Of a DNA stretch of 49,242 nt, positions 17,927 through 27,518 are shown one piece after another. A model generated the notes under the pieces. That model had not been told where the DNA came from, did no database searches, and worked only from the letters and a program-made list of their open reading frames with translations. The translations under genes were made by a program, and so were the position numbers. Source of the DNA: an uncultured Omnitrophica bacterium (GTDB lineage: Bacteria > Omnitrophota > Gorgyraeia > JACQQV01); NCBI GenBank assembly GCA_947085655.1, contig CAMTXH010000004.1, positions 1-49,242 of the forward strand. Direction: 5' to 3'. How positions within the stretch are numbered: the stretch's first letter is position 1; each line of letters begins with the position of its first letter.

Positions 17927-19927
17927 ATGAAGTGGCTTATAGGACATCTTTGGCTTATTCCTTTTTTCCCGCTTGTCGCAGCCGCGGTCATTGCCTTCAT
18001 GAAAAAGGAAAAACGGGAGGCCGCTCCTTTTTTTGCCATCGGGGCGATTCTGGTTTCCTTTGTTCTCTCTTGTCTTCTCTTTCTCGCATTCATCGGCATC
18101 CAGAAAACTCCGTACGGACATGGACTTTCCGTTCATCTTAGCCATTACCTCTGGTTTGTAACCGGCACAACCCCTGAAATCGTCAGTCTCATCCTGGATC
18201 CTCTCACCCTCACGATGCTTTTTGTGGTCACGATTGTCAGCAGTCTCGTTTTTATCTATTCCCTCGGCTATATGCACGAGGATCCGAACATTGTCCGGTT
18301 CTTCTGTTTCCTATCCCTTTTTGCAGCGAGCATGCTTGGACTTGTCATTTCCAACCATCTCCTCATTCTTTTCATGTGCTGGGAACTGGTGGGCGTCTCT
18401 TCGTATCTTTTGATCGGGTTCTGGTACGAGAAACCGGAGGCGGCCGCCGCCGCAAAAAAGGCCTTTATTGTAACCCGGGTGGGAGACATCGGCTTTTTCA
18501 TCGGGCTTCTGCTCCTTTACCAAAAAACAGGGACTTTGCTTCTTTACGGAGGAAGTTATCCGGCAATCTTTTCACACGAAACCCTCGACCTTCTGAAAAT
18601 AAACGCGGTGACCCTTCCTCTCTTCGGCGGGGTCATTTTGACGACGATTCTTGGGGTGTTGCTTTTCTTCGGGGCGATGGGAAAGTCGGCCCAGTTTCCG
18701 TTCCATGTCTGGCTTCCGGATGCAATGGAAGGTCCCACGCCGGTTTCGGCGCTCATTCATGCCGCCACGATGGTGGCGGCGGGCGTCTTTTTGGTCGGGA
18801 GGATGTTTCCCCTTTTGGAGGGAAGCGGTGCCATGCCGGTCATCGCCTGGATTGGCGGCATCACCGCACTTTTTGCGGCGACGATCGCCGTCGCCCAGTT
18901 CGATATCAAACGGCTCCTTGCCTATTCCACCATCAGTCAGCTCGGCTACATGATGATGGGATTGGGACTCGGCGGGTATGTCGCAGGGATCTTTCATTTG
19001 ATGACCCACGCCTTCTTCAAAGCGCTTCTTTTTCTCGGTTCAGGGAGTGTGATTCACGGCTGTCACGGCGAGCAGGACATGCGGCATATGGGAGGGCTCC
19101 GGAAGGCGATGCCGGTCACCTTCTGGACCTATCTTGCAGGAACGCTCGCCCTCGCCGGTATCTTTCCCCTTTCCGGCTTCTGGAGTAAGGACGAGATTCT
19201 TCTTGAAGCGTATCTCCATCACAGACCCCTTTACTGGATCGGAACCTCTGTCGCATTCCTCACCGCTTTTTACATGTTCCGCCAGATCTTTATGGTCTTC
19301 TTCGGGAGCTGGCGGGGCCACGGCCAAGCGCATGAAAGTCCCCAGACGATGCTCTGGCCGCTTCGGATTCTGGCAATTTTGGCTGTTTTCGCGGGACTGA
19401 TCGGAACACCGTTTCTCTTCGGGAACCCTTTCCGCCATTTCCTGGCACCGGGCCATCATGCGCCGGATCCGTCGTTTTTCGTGATGGCCGTTTCGACGGG
19501 AGTGGCGCTTTTCGGGATTTTTGTTGCCTATCTTCTCTACGGCCGGAAACCGCTCACCGGAGAGGATCCACTCCTTTCATACTTAAAAGGAATTTTTATA
19601 CTCCTCCAGAGAAAATATTATATGGACGAACTCTACCAAAACACCTTTGTGAAAGGAGCGAATGGCCTGGCCCGGTTTTTCCGGGAAGTGGATGAACTTG
19701 TTATTGATGGATTTCTCTCAAGGACCGGATGGGCGACATTGGTGCTTTCCCGTTTCAACCAATGGTGCGACAACTTTTTCTTAAACGGCGGATTTGACCG
19801 GGCCTGCGACGGGATTAAAGGGAGCGGCGGACAGCTTCGCCGGGTCCAAACCGGCCGGGCGCAGGATTATCTTTTGATTGCCGCAGTCGGTGCGGTGGTT
19901 CTTTACTTTTTATCAAGGATATTGTAG
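17927..19927 (+). CDS. nuoL: NADH-quinone oxidoreductase subunit L with extended amphipathic helix
   Basis: WELVG..SYLLIGFW, KSAQFPFHVWLPDAMEGPTPVSALIHAATMV, HAFFKA, C-terminal QTG. Confidence 0.96.
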   Translation: MKWLIGHLWLIPFFPLVAAAVIAFMKKEKREAAPFFAIGAILVSFVLSCLLFLAFIGIQKTPYGHGLSVHLSHYLWFVTGTTPEIVSLILDPLTLTMLFVVTIVSSLVFIYSLGYMHEDPNIVRFFCFLSLFAASMLGLVISNHLLILFMCWELVGVSSYLLIGFWYEKPEAAAAAKKAFIVTRVGDIGFFIGLLLLYQKTGTLLLYGGSYPAIFSHETLDLLKINAVTLPLFGGVILTTILGVLLFFGAMGKSAQFPFHVWLPDAMEGPTPVSALIHAATMVAAGVFLVGRMFPLLEGSGAMPVIAWIGGITALFAATIAVAQFDIKRLLAYSTISQLGYMMMGLGLGGYVAGIFHLMTHAFFKALLFLGSGSVIHGCHGEQDMRHMGGLRKAMPVTFWTYLAGTLALAGIFPLSGFWSKDEILLEAYLHHRPLYWIGTSVAFLTAFYMFRQIFMVFFGSWRGHGQAHESPQTMLWPLRILAILAVFAGLIGTPFLFGNPFRHFLAPGHHAPDPSFFVMAVSTGVALFGIFVAYLLYGRKPLTGEDPLLSYLKGIFILLQRKYYMDELYQNTFVKGANGLARFFREVDELVIDGFLSRTGWATLVLSRFNQWCDNFFLNGGFDRACDGIKGSGGQLRRVQTGRAQDYLLIAAVGAVVLYFLSRIL

Positions 19928-19933
19928 AAACCG

Positions 19934-21469
19934 ATGGATTTTCCGATACTGAGTCTCATGCATCTTTTTCCCCTTCTGGCGGGGCTTTGTTATCTTTTCC
20001 TTCCCTCCGATAATAAGCCGCTCTTGCGTTGGGGCGCCTTCGGCATTACGCTCATCCCTTTTCTGTTCTCATTTTCGCTCCTGAAACATTTCAATTCCCA
20101 GAACCCTGGGTTTCAATTCGTCGAAAAAATGCCCTGGATACCGGCCATCCGGGTCGAGTATTTTTTGGGGGTGGACGGGTTGAGTCTCACAATGGTCTTC
20201 CTCACAACGCTCCTTGTGCCGCTTGCGGTGTTGGCCTCTTTTTCGATTGAGAAAAACATCAAGACCTACATGTTTCTTTTCCTTCTCCTTGAAACAGGGA
20301 CACTCGGGGTTTTTCTCGCGCTCAATTTCTTCCACTTTTTCCTCTTCTGGGAAATGGGGCTCATCCCGATGTTTTTCCTGATTAAAATCTGGGGTTCCGA
20401 AGACCGGGACGCTGCCGCATTCAAGTTTTTCTTGTATACGCTTTTCGGAAGTGTGATGATGCTCCTCGCCTTTCAGGTTCTTTTTCTTGCGACAAAAACA
20501 TTCGACTTTACGGAACTGGTGATTTTAAGCCGTTCGGGACTTTTGAAGGTAAGTCTGCTCTTTTGGGCCAAGCGGGTGGGTCTTCCCTTCACACCCGAAG
20601 TCATGACGACTATTGCCTTCTTTTTAATCTCAGTCGCTTTTGCGATCAAGGTGCCGATCTGGCCGTTCCACACCTGGCTCCCGGATGCGCATACCCAGGC
20701 ACCGACCGCAGGGAGCATGATTCTGGCGGGACTCTTATTGAAGATGGGGGTGTACGGCTTCCTGAGAATTTCCCTTCCCCTGTTTCCGGACGTTGTCCGG
20801 ACTTTTGCGCCCTTTCTGGCAATCCTTGCACTTGCCAGTATCCTCTTCGGCGCCTTTGCCGCCATGGCGCAGACCGACCTCAAGCGGATGATTGCCTATT
20901 CCTCCGTCAATCATATGGGATACTGCATGCTCGGCATCTTTGCGGTATCCGCCTCAGGGGGACTGGAAGCAAAGGCCTCCGCCTTAAACGGGGTGCTTCT
21001 CCAGATGTTCAATCACGGTATCACCTCAGCCGCCCTCTTTTTTATGGTAGGGGTTTTGTATGACCGGGCCCATACACGGGATCTTTCCCGGTTCGGGGGC
21101 TTAAGGAAAATCATGCCGATCTTTGCGGGGCTGATGGGCATTTCCGCATTTTCTTCCCTCGGCCTTCCGGGATTGAACGGCTTTGTCAGTGAATTCCTGA
21201 TTTTCCGTGGATCTTTTTCCCTTATGACGCCCCTGACCCTTTTGGCAACGATCGGGCTTTTGGTCACCGCCATCTACCTTTTGTCGATGCTTCAACTCCT
21301 TTTTCACGGCCCCCTCGGAGAGTATGCGTCTTTTTCGGATGTCACCGGCCGGGAGATCGCCGTCGCTGCTCCTTTGATTTTCTTCATGTTTTTTGTCGGA
21401 ATTCACCCTTCTCCTCTTATTGAGCTGACGAACGAAGCGGTGGTTCACCTTTTAAAGGTCTTCTCATGA
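19934..21469 (+). CDS. nuoM: NADH-quinone oxidoreductase subunit M (M1)
   Basis: FWEMGLIPM, FAIKVPIWPFHTWLPDAH, LLKMG, LPGLNGFVSE. Confidence 0.95.
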   Translation: MDFPILSLMHLFPLLAGLCYLFLPSDNKPLLRWGAFGITLIPFLFSFSLLKHFNSQNPGFQFVEKMPWIPAIRVEYFLGVDGLSLTMVFLTTLLVPLAVLASFSIEKNIKTYMFLFLLLETGTLGVFLALNFFHFFLFWEMGLIPMFFLIKIWGSEDRDAAAFKFFLYTLFGSVMMLLAFQVLFLATKTFDFTELVILSRSGLLKVSLLFWAKRVGLPFTPEVMTTIAFFLISVAFAIKVPIWPFHTWLPDAHTQAPTAGSMILAGLLLKMGVYGFLRISLPLFPDVVRTFAPFLAILALASILFGAFAAMAQTDLKRMIAYSSVNHMGYCMLGIFAVSASGGLEAKASALNGVLLQMFNHGITSAALFFMVGVLYDRAHTRDLSRFGGLRKIMPIFAGLMGISAFSSLGLPGLNGFVSEFLIFRGSFSLMTPLTLLATIGLLVTAIYLLSMLQLLFHGPLGEYASFSDVTGREIAVAAPLIFFMFFVGIHPSPLIELTNEAVVHLLKVFS

Positions 21470-22926
21470 ATATCCTAACGCTTATTTTTTGGACGAGTCT
21501 TCTGGGCGCGGCCGTGATTTTCTGTCTGAAACCGGATGCCCAGCGGTCCATCAAGCGGGTCGCGGCAACGACGGGGCTGATCTGCCTTTTTCTTTCCCTC
21601 GTTGCCTTCCTCGGGTATGACCTCCGGATGGGCGGCATGCAGTTTTTGTTAAAAAGACCCTGGATCCCGCAGCTTGGGATTAGTCTTCATGTTGGGGCGG
21701 ACGGGATCAGTCTTCCCCTTGTCCTCCTCACCGGTTTCATCCTCTATACCGGTGTTTTGATTTCATACAATGTCAATGACCGCCCGAAGGAATTCTTTTG
21801 TCTTTTTCTGATCCTGGTCACCGGCGTCTTTGGTGTCTTTGTCTCGATGGACCTTTTTCTCCTTTTTGTCTTTTATGAACTTGCGGTCCTCCCGATGTAC
21901 CTTTTGATCGGTGTTTGGGGTTCCACCCGGAAGGAATATGGGGCGATGAAATTGACGCTCTATCTTTTGGTCGGAAGTGCTCTCGTCTTTATCGGGATGC
22001 TTGCGCTCTATTTTGCCTCGGGGCTCAATACCTTTGATTTAATCGCCCTCTCCCAGGTCGATTTCCCGCTCCCATTCCAAAAGACTGTTTTTCCCCTTCT
22101 TTTTATCGGATTCGCCGTTTTAGGGGGTCTTTGGCCGCTTCACACCTGGAGCCCGGTCGGTCATGTTGCGGCACCGACTTCGGTCAGCATGCTCCATGCG
22201 GGTGTTCTCATGAAACTCGGCGCCTACAGCTGCTTCCGTGTTGCTGTGATGCTCCTTCCGGAAGGGGCCAGGTTCTGGCTTCCGGCGATTGCGGTCTTGG
22301 CGACCGTCAATATCGTCTATGGGGCGATGGTCGCGATGGTCCAGCGGGACTTTAAATTTGTGATCGGCTATTCGAGCGTAAGTCACATGGGATTCGTGCT
22401 GCTCGGTCTTGCCAGCATGGACACGGTCGGGGTGAGCGGGGCGGTGCTCCAGATGTTCTCCCACGGAATTATGACGGGACTTTTCTTTGCGATTGTGGGG
22501 CGGATGGTCTATGATCGGACACATACCAGGGACCTTGAAGAACTCGGGGGGCTTTCCAAACCGCTCCCCTTTGCCGGTTTCGCTTTCATCATGGGGGGGC
22601 TTGCCTCCATGGGGCTTCCCGGTCTAAGCGGATTCATTGCGGAACTTCAGATTCTGATCGGCGTCTGGAACCGGTATCCGCTTTTGGCGGCCCTCACCGG
22701 TCTTGGGATCGTTGTGACGGCTGCTTACATCCTCCGGGTCCTCCACAAGGTCTTCTACGGACAGATGAGCACGAAAATTCACCATTTTGAACCGATCACC
22801 CCGCTTGAAAAACTGGCAGGGATTATTCTTATCGTGAATCTGGTTTTAATCGGTCTTTTCCCGTCGGTGATGGTGACCATGATTTATGTGTCGGTTGCGC
22901 CGCTTATTCGGGGGCTTTTTGGATGA
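21466..22926 (+). CDS. nuoM: NADH-quinone oxidoreductase subunit M (second, divergent M2)
   Basis: FYELAVLPMY, PLHTWSPVGH, MKLG, YSSVSHMG, LPGLSGFIAE. Confidence 0.92.
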   Translation: MNILTLIFWTSLLGAAVIFCLKPDAQRSIKRVAATTGLICLFLSLVAFLGYDLRMGGMQFLLKRPWIPQLGISLHVGADGISLPLVLLTGFILYTGVLISYNVNDRPKEFFCLFLILVTGVFGVFVSMDLFLLFVFYELAVLPMYLLIGVWGSTRKEYGAMKLTLYLLVGSALVFIGMLALYFASGLNTFDLIALSQVDFPLPFQKTVFPLLFIGFAVLGGLWPLHTWSPVGHVAAPTSVSMLHAGVLMKLGAYSCFRVAVMLLPEGARFWLPAIAVLATVNIVYGAMVAMVQRDFKFVIGYSSVSHMGFVLLGLASMDTVGVSGAVLQMFSHGIMTGLFFAIVGRMVYDRTHTRDLEELGGLSKPLPFAGFAFIMGGLASMGLPGLSGFIAELQILIGVWNRYPLLAALTGLGIVVTAAYILRVLHKVFYGQMSTKIHHFEPITPLEKLAGIILIVNLVLIGLFPSVMVTMIYVSVAPLIRGLFG

Positions 22927-24416
22927 TGCTGATTCTTTCCTTTCTGACTGAAATCATTCTTTTGTCTGCCATCTTTTCTCTCCTTGCGGTCGATCTTTTC
23001 TTTTTGAGGAAAAAAGAGGATGTACTCCGTCTCAGACTCATCGGGACCCTGGCCGCCCTTTCGGCCGTCGCGGCCGCTTTCCCTCTTCTTTTGAACTCCT
23101 CCCAGAAATTCTATGCCTTAAGCGGGATGTGGGTTTTGGATCCCCTTGTGATTTTTGCAAAACTGGCTATCCTCGTTATCACGTTTGTCACGATTCTCCT
23201 TTCCATGGAAACTCCTTACACGCCGCATATCTCAGAATATTTCGCTTTGATTCTCTCCGCAGCTCTCGGGATGCTTTTTCTGGTGAGCGCCGAGGAGCTT
23301 TTGATGATTTTTGTGGCGTTGGAGCTTTTGAGTGTATCCCTTTACCTCCTCACCGCATTCCACTACCGCGTAGAGCGCTCCTCAGAGGGGGCGGTGAAAT
23401 ATTTCCTCTTCGGAGCCCTTTCTTCGAGCTTCCTCTACTTTGGCTTGAGTTACCTGATCGGCCTCTCCGGCACAACGAATCTCTCCCTCATCGGGGAGTA
23501 TCTCCGGTCTCTCCCGCATATCACCAGCGAACCGCTTTTGTGGGTATCGGCCGCTTTTATCCTGGTCGGTCTCGGCTTCAAACTTGCCGTCGTTCCCTTC
23601 CACCTTTGGGCGCCGGATGCGTATGAAGGCGCCCCAACGCCGGTCGCCGCCTATATCTCGACCGGCTCAAAGCTTGCCAGTTTCTTTATTTTGATTAAAA
23701 TTCTTTTTGTCGCCTTTGAACCGGTGGCGGGAAGCCCCCTTCACACCGCTTTTGTGAGCGGCTGGCAGCCGCTTCTTGCGATTATCGCCTGTTTCTCCAT
23801 GACCTTTGGAAATTTGGTGGCGATGGCCCAGAAAAATCTGAAGCGGCTTTTGGCCTACTCCAGCATTGCCCATGCCGGTTATATCCTCGTTGGTGTGGTG
23901 GCGGCGACCCAACTTGGAATCAGTTCTGTCTTGTACTACCTTGCGATTTACGCCTTCACAAACCTCGGGGCGTTCGGCGTGATTGTCGCGGTCAGTTCAA
24001 AAACCGGGGGGGACGATATCGGCGATTTCGCGGGATTGGGCAGGCGGAGTCCCCTCCTTGCGTTTTTCATGATTCTATTTATCCTTTCGCTTGCCGGGAT
24101 TCCACCCTTGGCAGGGTTTTTCGGGAAGTTCTATCTCTTTTTATCTGCGGTGGGCCGCGATACGGAACAGTACGGCCTCATGTGGCTTGTGGTAGTGGGA
24201 GTGGTCAATAGCGCCGTTTCTCTTTACTACTACTTGAAGATTTTGAAGCAGATATACATGATCGAACCGACCGACCCCTCGCCGATCCGGGCCTCGCGCC
24301 CTGTGGTGTTTGCCCTTCTCCTTGCAGCACTTTTTGTGGCAGGACTTGGGATCTATCCGACCCCGCTTCTGACCCGGTTGGATATCCTCATCAGCTACCT
24401 CCCCCCGATTCCCTGA
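22923..24416 (+). CDS. nuoN: NADH-quinone oxidoreductase subunit N
   Basis: EGAVKYF, FKLAVVPFHLWAPDAYEGAP, AYSSIAHAGY, SLAGIPPLAGFFGK. Confidence 0.96.
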   Translation: MMLILSFLTEIILLSAIFSLLAVDLFFLRKKEDVLRLRLIGTLAALSAVAAAFPLLLNSSQKFYALSGMWVLDPLVIFAKLAILVITFVTILLSMETPYTPHISEYFALILSAALGMLFLVSAEELLMIFVALELLSVSLYLLTAFHYRVERSSEGAVKYFLFGALSSSFLYFGLSYLIGLSGTTNLSLIGEYLRSLPHITSEPLLWVSAAFILVGLGFKLAVVPFHLWAPDAYEGAPTPVAAYISTGSKLASFFILIKILFVAFEPVAGSPLHTAFVSGWQPLLAIIACFSMTFGNLVAMAQKNLKRLLAYSSIAHAGYILVGVVAATQLGISSVLYYLAIYAFTNLGAFGVIVAVSSKTGGDDIGDFAGLGRRSPLLAFFMILFILSLAGIPPLAGFFGKFYLFLSAVGRDTEQYGLMWLVVVGVVNSAVSLYYYLKILKQIYMIEPTDPSPIRASRPVVFALLLAALFVAGLGIYPTPLLTRLDILISYLPPIP

Positions 24417-24422
24417 GTTTTT

Positions 24423-24926
24423 CTAATTCATCAAAGACTGGAGCCGTTTGAGACTCGTCCGGGCAAGGGTGTAGTCGGGATTTGCCTTGAGCGCATTTTC
24501 ATAACAAGTAAGCGCCTTTAAATACGCCCCCTTCTTCTCCCAGACTCTCCCAAGATTCAGGTGCGGAAAGCAGTAACTATCGTAACGTTTCGCTTGAATC
24601 GCTTTTTCAAGCCAGGGGACCGCCTCGTCGTATTTCCCGAGTTCGATGAGATACGCACCGATATCGTTATAAGGATTCCCGAGATCAGGGTCGGCTTCGA
24701 TCGCCTTGCGGCATTCGGCAATCGCCTCTTCGTATTTTCCCATGAAACTGTACGTCCAGCCGCGGAAGGTGTAGGCCTCGGCGGTCGGATAGCATTCGAT
24801 AGACTGGGTATAGAGAACGATTGCCTCGTTCAGTTCGCCCGCCATCTGTCTTTCGTACGCCTTTTTGAAATAGTCAACGGCGAGTTTCTGAAGTTTCTGT
24901 TTTTCCGACTTGGCTTTCTCTTCCAT
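24423..24926 (-). CDS. Tetratricopeptide repeat protein
   Basis: Repeated TPR-like helices (AYTFRGW..., PYNDIG..., PHLNLG...). Confidence 0.85.
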   Translation of the reverse strand: MEEKAKSEKQKLQKLAVDYFKKAYERQMAGELNEAIVLYTQSIECYPTAEAYTFRGWTYSFMGKYEEAIAECRKAIEADPDLGNPYNDIGAYLIELGKYDEAVPWLEKAIQAKRYDSYCFPHLNLGRVWEKKGAYLKALTCYENALKANPDYTLARTSLKRLQSLMN

Positions 24927-25881
24927 CTTGCTTCCTCTTCAGATTCTCAAAAACGATTGCGGCATTTCGCATGAGCCCTTCCCGCTTGGGACGTGTAAGC
25001 GGAGTCCCCCCAAACCGATTTCGAAAGGCCTCTTCATCCTCAAGCGCCAGAATCGGCTCAAGCGGTACCGACGCCCCCACCCCATCCTGCTTCAATTCCT
25101 CCCAGAGAGTCTCAAGGGGCCGGCTGTTATAGGGACAGACATCGATGCAGATATCGCACCCGAAAAGCCACTCGCCGATTTTCGGCTTTAGCTCCGCCTC
25201 AATTTCACCCCGGTGTTCAATCGTCAAATAGGAAATACAGCGTCTTGCATCCACCGTAAACGGCTCCCGGATCGCCTCCGTCGGACAGGCGTCGATGCAG
25301 AGGGTGCAGTGACCGCATCCGTCAAAAGGTTCTTCCCTATCATATTCCAGTTCGAGATCCGTAACAAGTTCCGCAAGGAAAAAGTAGGAACCGGCCGGCG
25401 TGATAAGGGTGGTGTTTTTTCCGATGAAGCCGAGGCCGGCGTGCTTTGCCAATTTTCTCTCGAGAATAGGTCCTGTATCGACAAAATATCGGAGGGTTGC
25501 CTCTCCCGCCTCTTCTCGGATCCTTTTTGAAAGGAGTTTCAGTTTCTTCTTGAGGGCTTTGTGGTAATCTTTTCCCCAGGCGTATCGGGCTACACGCCCT
25601 GAAGGTTCTCCGGTCGGCTGGTGGGCCTCTTCCGGCTGATAGTAACTTGCCGTCAGCACAATGACACTTTTTGCCGAGGGAAAACTGGTGCGGAGCCGCT
25701 CAAGCCGCTCTCCGAACTTTTGCATATAGGTCATGGTGCCGGCATATCCTTTCCGGTTCCATGCCGAAAGTAAAGGCTCCTCCTCAAAAAGAATGGCGGC
25801 AGGGACAATCCCGGTTGAATAGAAACCAAGCTCCTTTGCCCACGTCTTAATTTGAACGCTTAAGGAGGCAGGTATTCCCAT
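24874..25881 (-). CDS. queG: tRNA epoxyqueuosine(34) reductase
   Basis: ARYAWGKDYH, VDTGPILER, CGHCTLCIDACP, CISYLTIE, GCDICIDVCP. Confidence 0.95.
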   Translation of the reverse strand: MGIPASLSVQIKTWAKELGFYSTGIVPAAILFEEEPLLSAWNRKGYAGTMTYMQKFGERLERLRTSFPSAKSVIVLTASYYQPEEAHQPTGEPSGRVARYAWGKDYHKALKKKLKLLSKRIREEAGEATLRYFVDTGPILERKLAKHAGLGFIGKNTTLITPAGSYFFLAELVTDLELEYDREEPFDGCGHCTLCIDACPTEAIREPFTVDARRCISYLTIEHRGEIEAELKPKIGEWLFGCDICIDVCPYNSRPLETLWEELKQDGVGASVPLEPILALEDEEAFRNRFGGTPLTRPKREGLMRNAAIVFENLKRKQDGRESQVGKTETSETRR

Positions 25882-25905
25882 TCAAACTCCGACGATCCGA
25901 TGCGG

Positions 25906-26508
25906 CTACGCGGAAACCGCTTCTGCGACACGGCCGACGAGTTTGGCTCCCGGCTTCAGAGTCTTTTTCCCTTCGCTCCAGTTGGCCGGGCAGGCCTCCT
26001 CCGGATGGGAACTCAAGTAGGCATTGGCCTGCATTTTCCGAAGCAGTTCTTCCGCATTTCGGCCGACGTTGTAGAAATTAATCTCGGTGCCGGTCAATTT
26101 TCCTTCCGGACTGATGATGAAAGTGCCGCGGAGAGCGAGTCCGGTCGCCTCATCATACACCCCGAAGAGGCGCGAGACCTTGCCGGTCGGATCGGCCCCC
26201 ATCGAATATTTCACGTTTTTGAGGAGTTTTTCCTCGCGCTGCCAGGCGAGATGAACGAATTTGGTATCGGTCGAAACCGAAACCACCTCTGCCCCCGCTT
26301 TTTTGATTCCATCATATTGGTTCGCAAGGTCCGAAAGCTCCGTCGGGCAGACAAAGGTATAATCCGCCGGATAGAAAACAAGGACGGTCCATTTTCTCTG
26401 CCGTTTCAGATCCTCAAGTGAAATTTTTCCGAAGTCCCCTTTTCCGGGATCAAAGGTTTCCATTTCAAAGTTCGGCACCACCTGTCCCACTTGCACTTGT
26501 TCTGTCAT
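25906..26508 (-). CDS. 2-Cys peroxiredoxin (AhpC/Prx1)
   Basis: FYPADYTFVCPTE, RGTFII, ACPANW. Confidence 0.92.
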   Translation of the reverse strand: MTEQVQVGQVVPNFEMETFDPGKGDFGKISLEDLKRQRKWTVLVFYPADYTFVCPTELSDLANQYDGIKKAGAEVVSVSTDTKFVHLAWQREEKLLKNVKYSMGADPTGKVSRLFGVYDEATGLALRGTFIISPEGKLTGTEINFYNVGRNAEELLRKMQANAYLSSHPEEACPANWSEGKKTLKPGAKLVGRVAEAVSA

Positions 26509-26532
26509 ATTTTGCTCCTTTCTTTGTTTTCG

Positions 26533-26901
26533 TTACTTCCTTTGTTTTCTCTTCTCGTAAGTTGCCGTCACCATGGTGTGAATCCCGCCCCGCACGAAAA
26601 AATCTCCTTCTATCTGCATGCGCCGGGGCTTTGTGGCTTTCACCAGATCATCGAGAATTTGGTTTGTGACCTTCTCGTGGAAGGCCCCTTCATTCCGGTA
26701 GGACCAAAGGTAAAGTTTCAACGATTTAAGTTCGACGCAAAGTCTGTCAGGCGTGTAGCGGATTCGGACCGTCGCAAAATCGGGCTGGCCCGTCCTTGGA
26801 CAAAGGCATGTAAATTCGGGGCACTCAAACTGAATTTCGTAATCCCGATCCGGCTTTGGGTTGGGAAAAACATCAAGTTTTTTTGACGGCTCTGTCGGCA
26901 T
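26533..26901 (-). CDS. queF: NADPH-dependent preQ0 reductase, unimodular type
   Basis: [32 protein letters not shown]; start at ATG 26901. Confidence 0.95.
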   Translation of the reverse strand: MPTEPSKKLDVFPNPKPDRDYEIQFECPEFTCLCPRTGQPDFATVRIRYTPDRLCVELKSLKLYLWSYRNEGAFHEKVTNQILDDLVKATKPRRMQIEGDFFVRGGIHTMVTATYEKRKQRK

Positions 26902-26933
26902 TGAAGGATGCCACCCATGACTCCTGGCATAAG

Positions 26934-26969
26934 GAACACCCTCCCCCAAAAACAAGGAGGAGGGTGCTC
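26934..26969 (-). terminator. Strong hairpin upstream of queF (possible terminator or attenuator)
   Basis: Minus strand gagcaccctcctcc...gggggagggtgttc; no clear U-tract. Confidence 0.35.
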
Positions 26970-27027
26970 AGAATCAACCCCCCAAAGCGGATCCTCTACG
27001 AAAGATTTTCAGCGGGGCAAATCGGGG

Positions 27028-27426
27028 TTATCGACGGCCTTGTGAGGCCTCAATGCCTGCTTTGTAGCCGGCGCTGTATCCGTCTTCCCAGCCATCCCGG
27101 TACCCTTGGCTGTACGGATCGGTTGTCTCTGCGACCTGCGGCTGTGTCCGGGTTTGGGGTACCGATGGCGCCACACCGCCACCCTGAATACCCCCCTTCA
27201 GAATCGGCTTCACGATCGCTTCACGGCCGAGTGCGGTGCCTGCTCCGATTAAAGCTCCTTTGCCGGCCTTCCCGCCGCTTGCCTCACCGACAATGGCTCC
27301 TTCTCCTGCACCTAAAAGCGCATCGATCAGGAAGTCGCCCGCTGCCTTATCCCCTGCCGGGGCCGGTGTGACCATGGCCGCCACAAAAAGACCCCCTACG
27401 ATGCCGATCAAACTCCACCTTTTCAT
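27028..27426 (-). CDS. Hypothetical exported glycine-zipper protein
   Basis: GGAGG RBS before ATG 27426; signal peptide; GAGEGAIVG...GALIGAG; C-terminal GYRDGWEDGYSAGYKAG. Confidence 0.75.
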   Translation of the reverse strand: MKRWSLIGIVGGLFVAAMVTPAPAGDKAAGDFLIDALLGAGEGAIVGEASGGKAGKGALIGAGTALGREAIVKPILKGGIQGGGVAPSVPQTRTQPQVAETTDPYSQGYRDGWEDGYSAGYKAGIEASQGRR

Positions 27427-27518
27427 GCTTTCCTCCTTTTTCAGTGCACCTTTCAATTATACCATAAAGGGGGTGTCAAGTCTCCCCCCTATATAGATGC
27501 AAAAAGGGAGCAAAAGGT

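Noticed and set aside
12530-24416. EFG-less cluster as a group 4 [NiFe] hydrogenase or Mrp antiporter
   Set aside because: Both NuoD copies lack the N- and C-terminal CxxC Ni ligands and keep the quinone-site His/Tyr; nuoA and nuoJ are present
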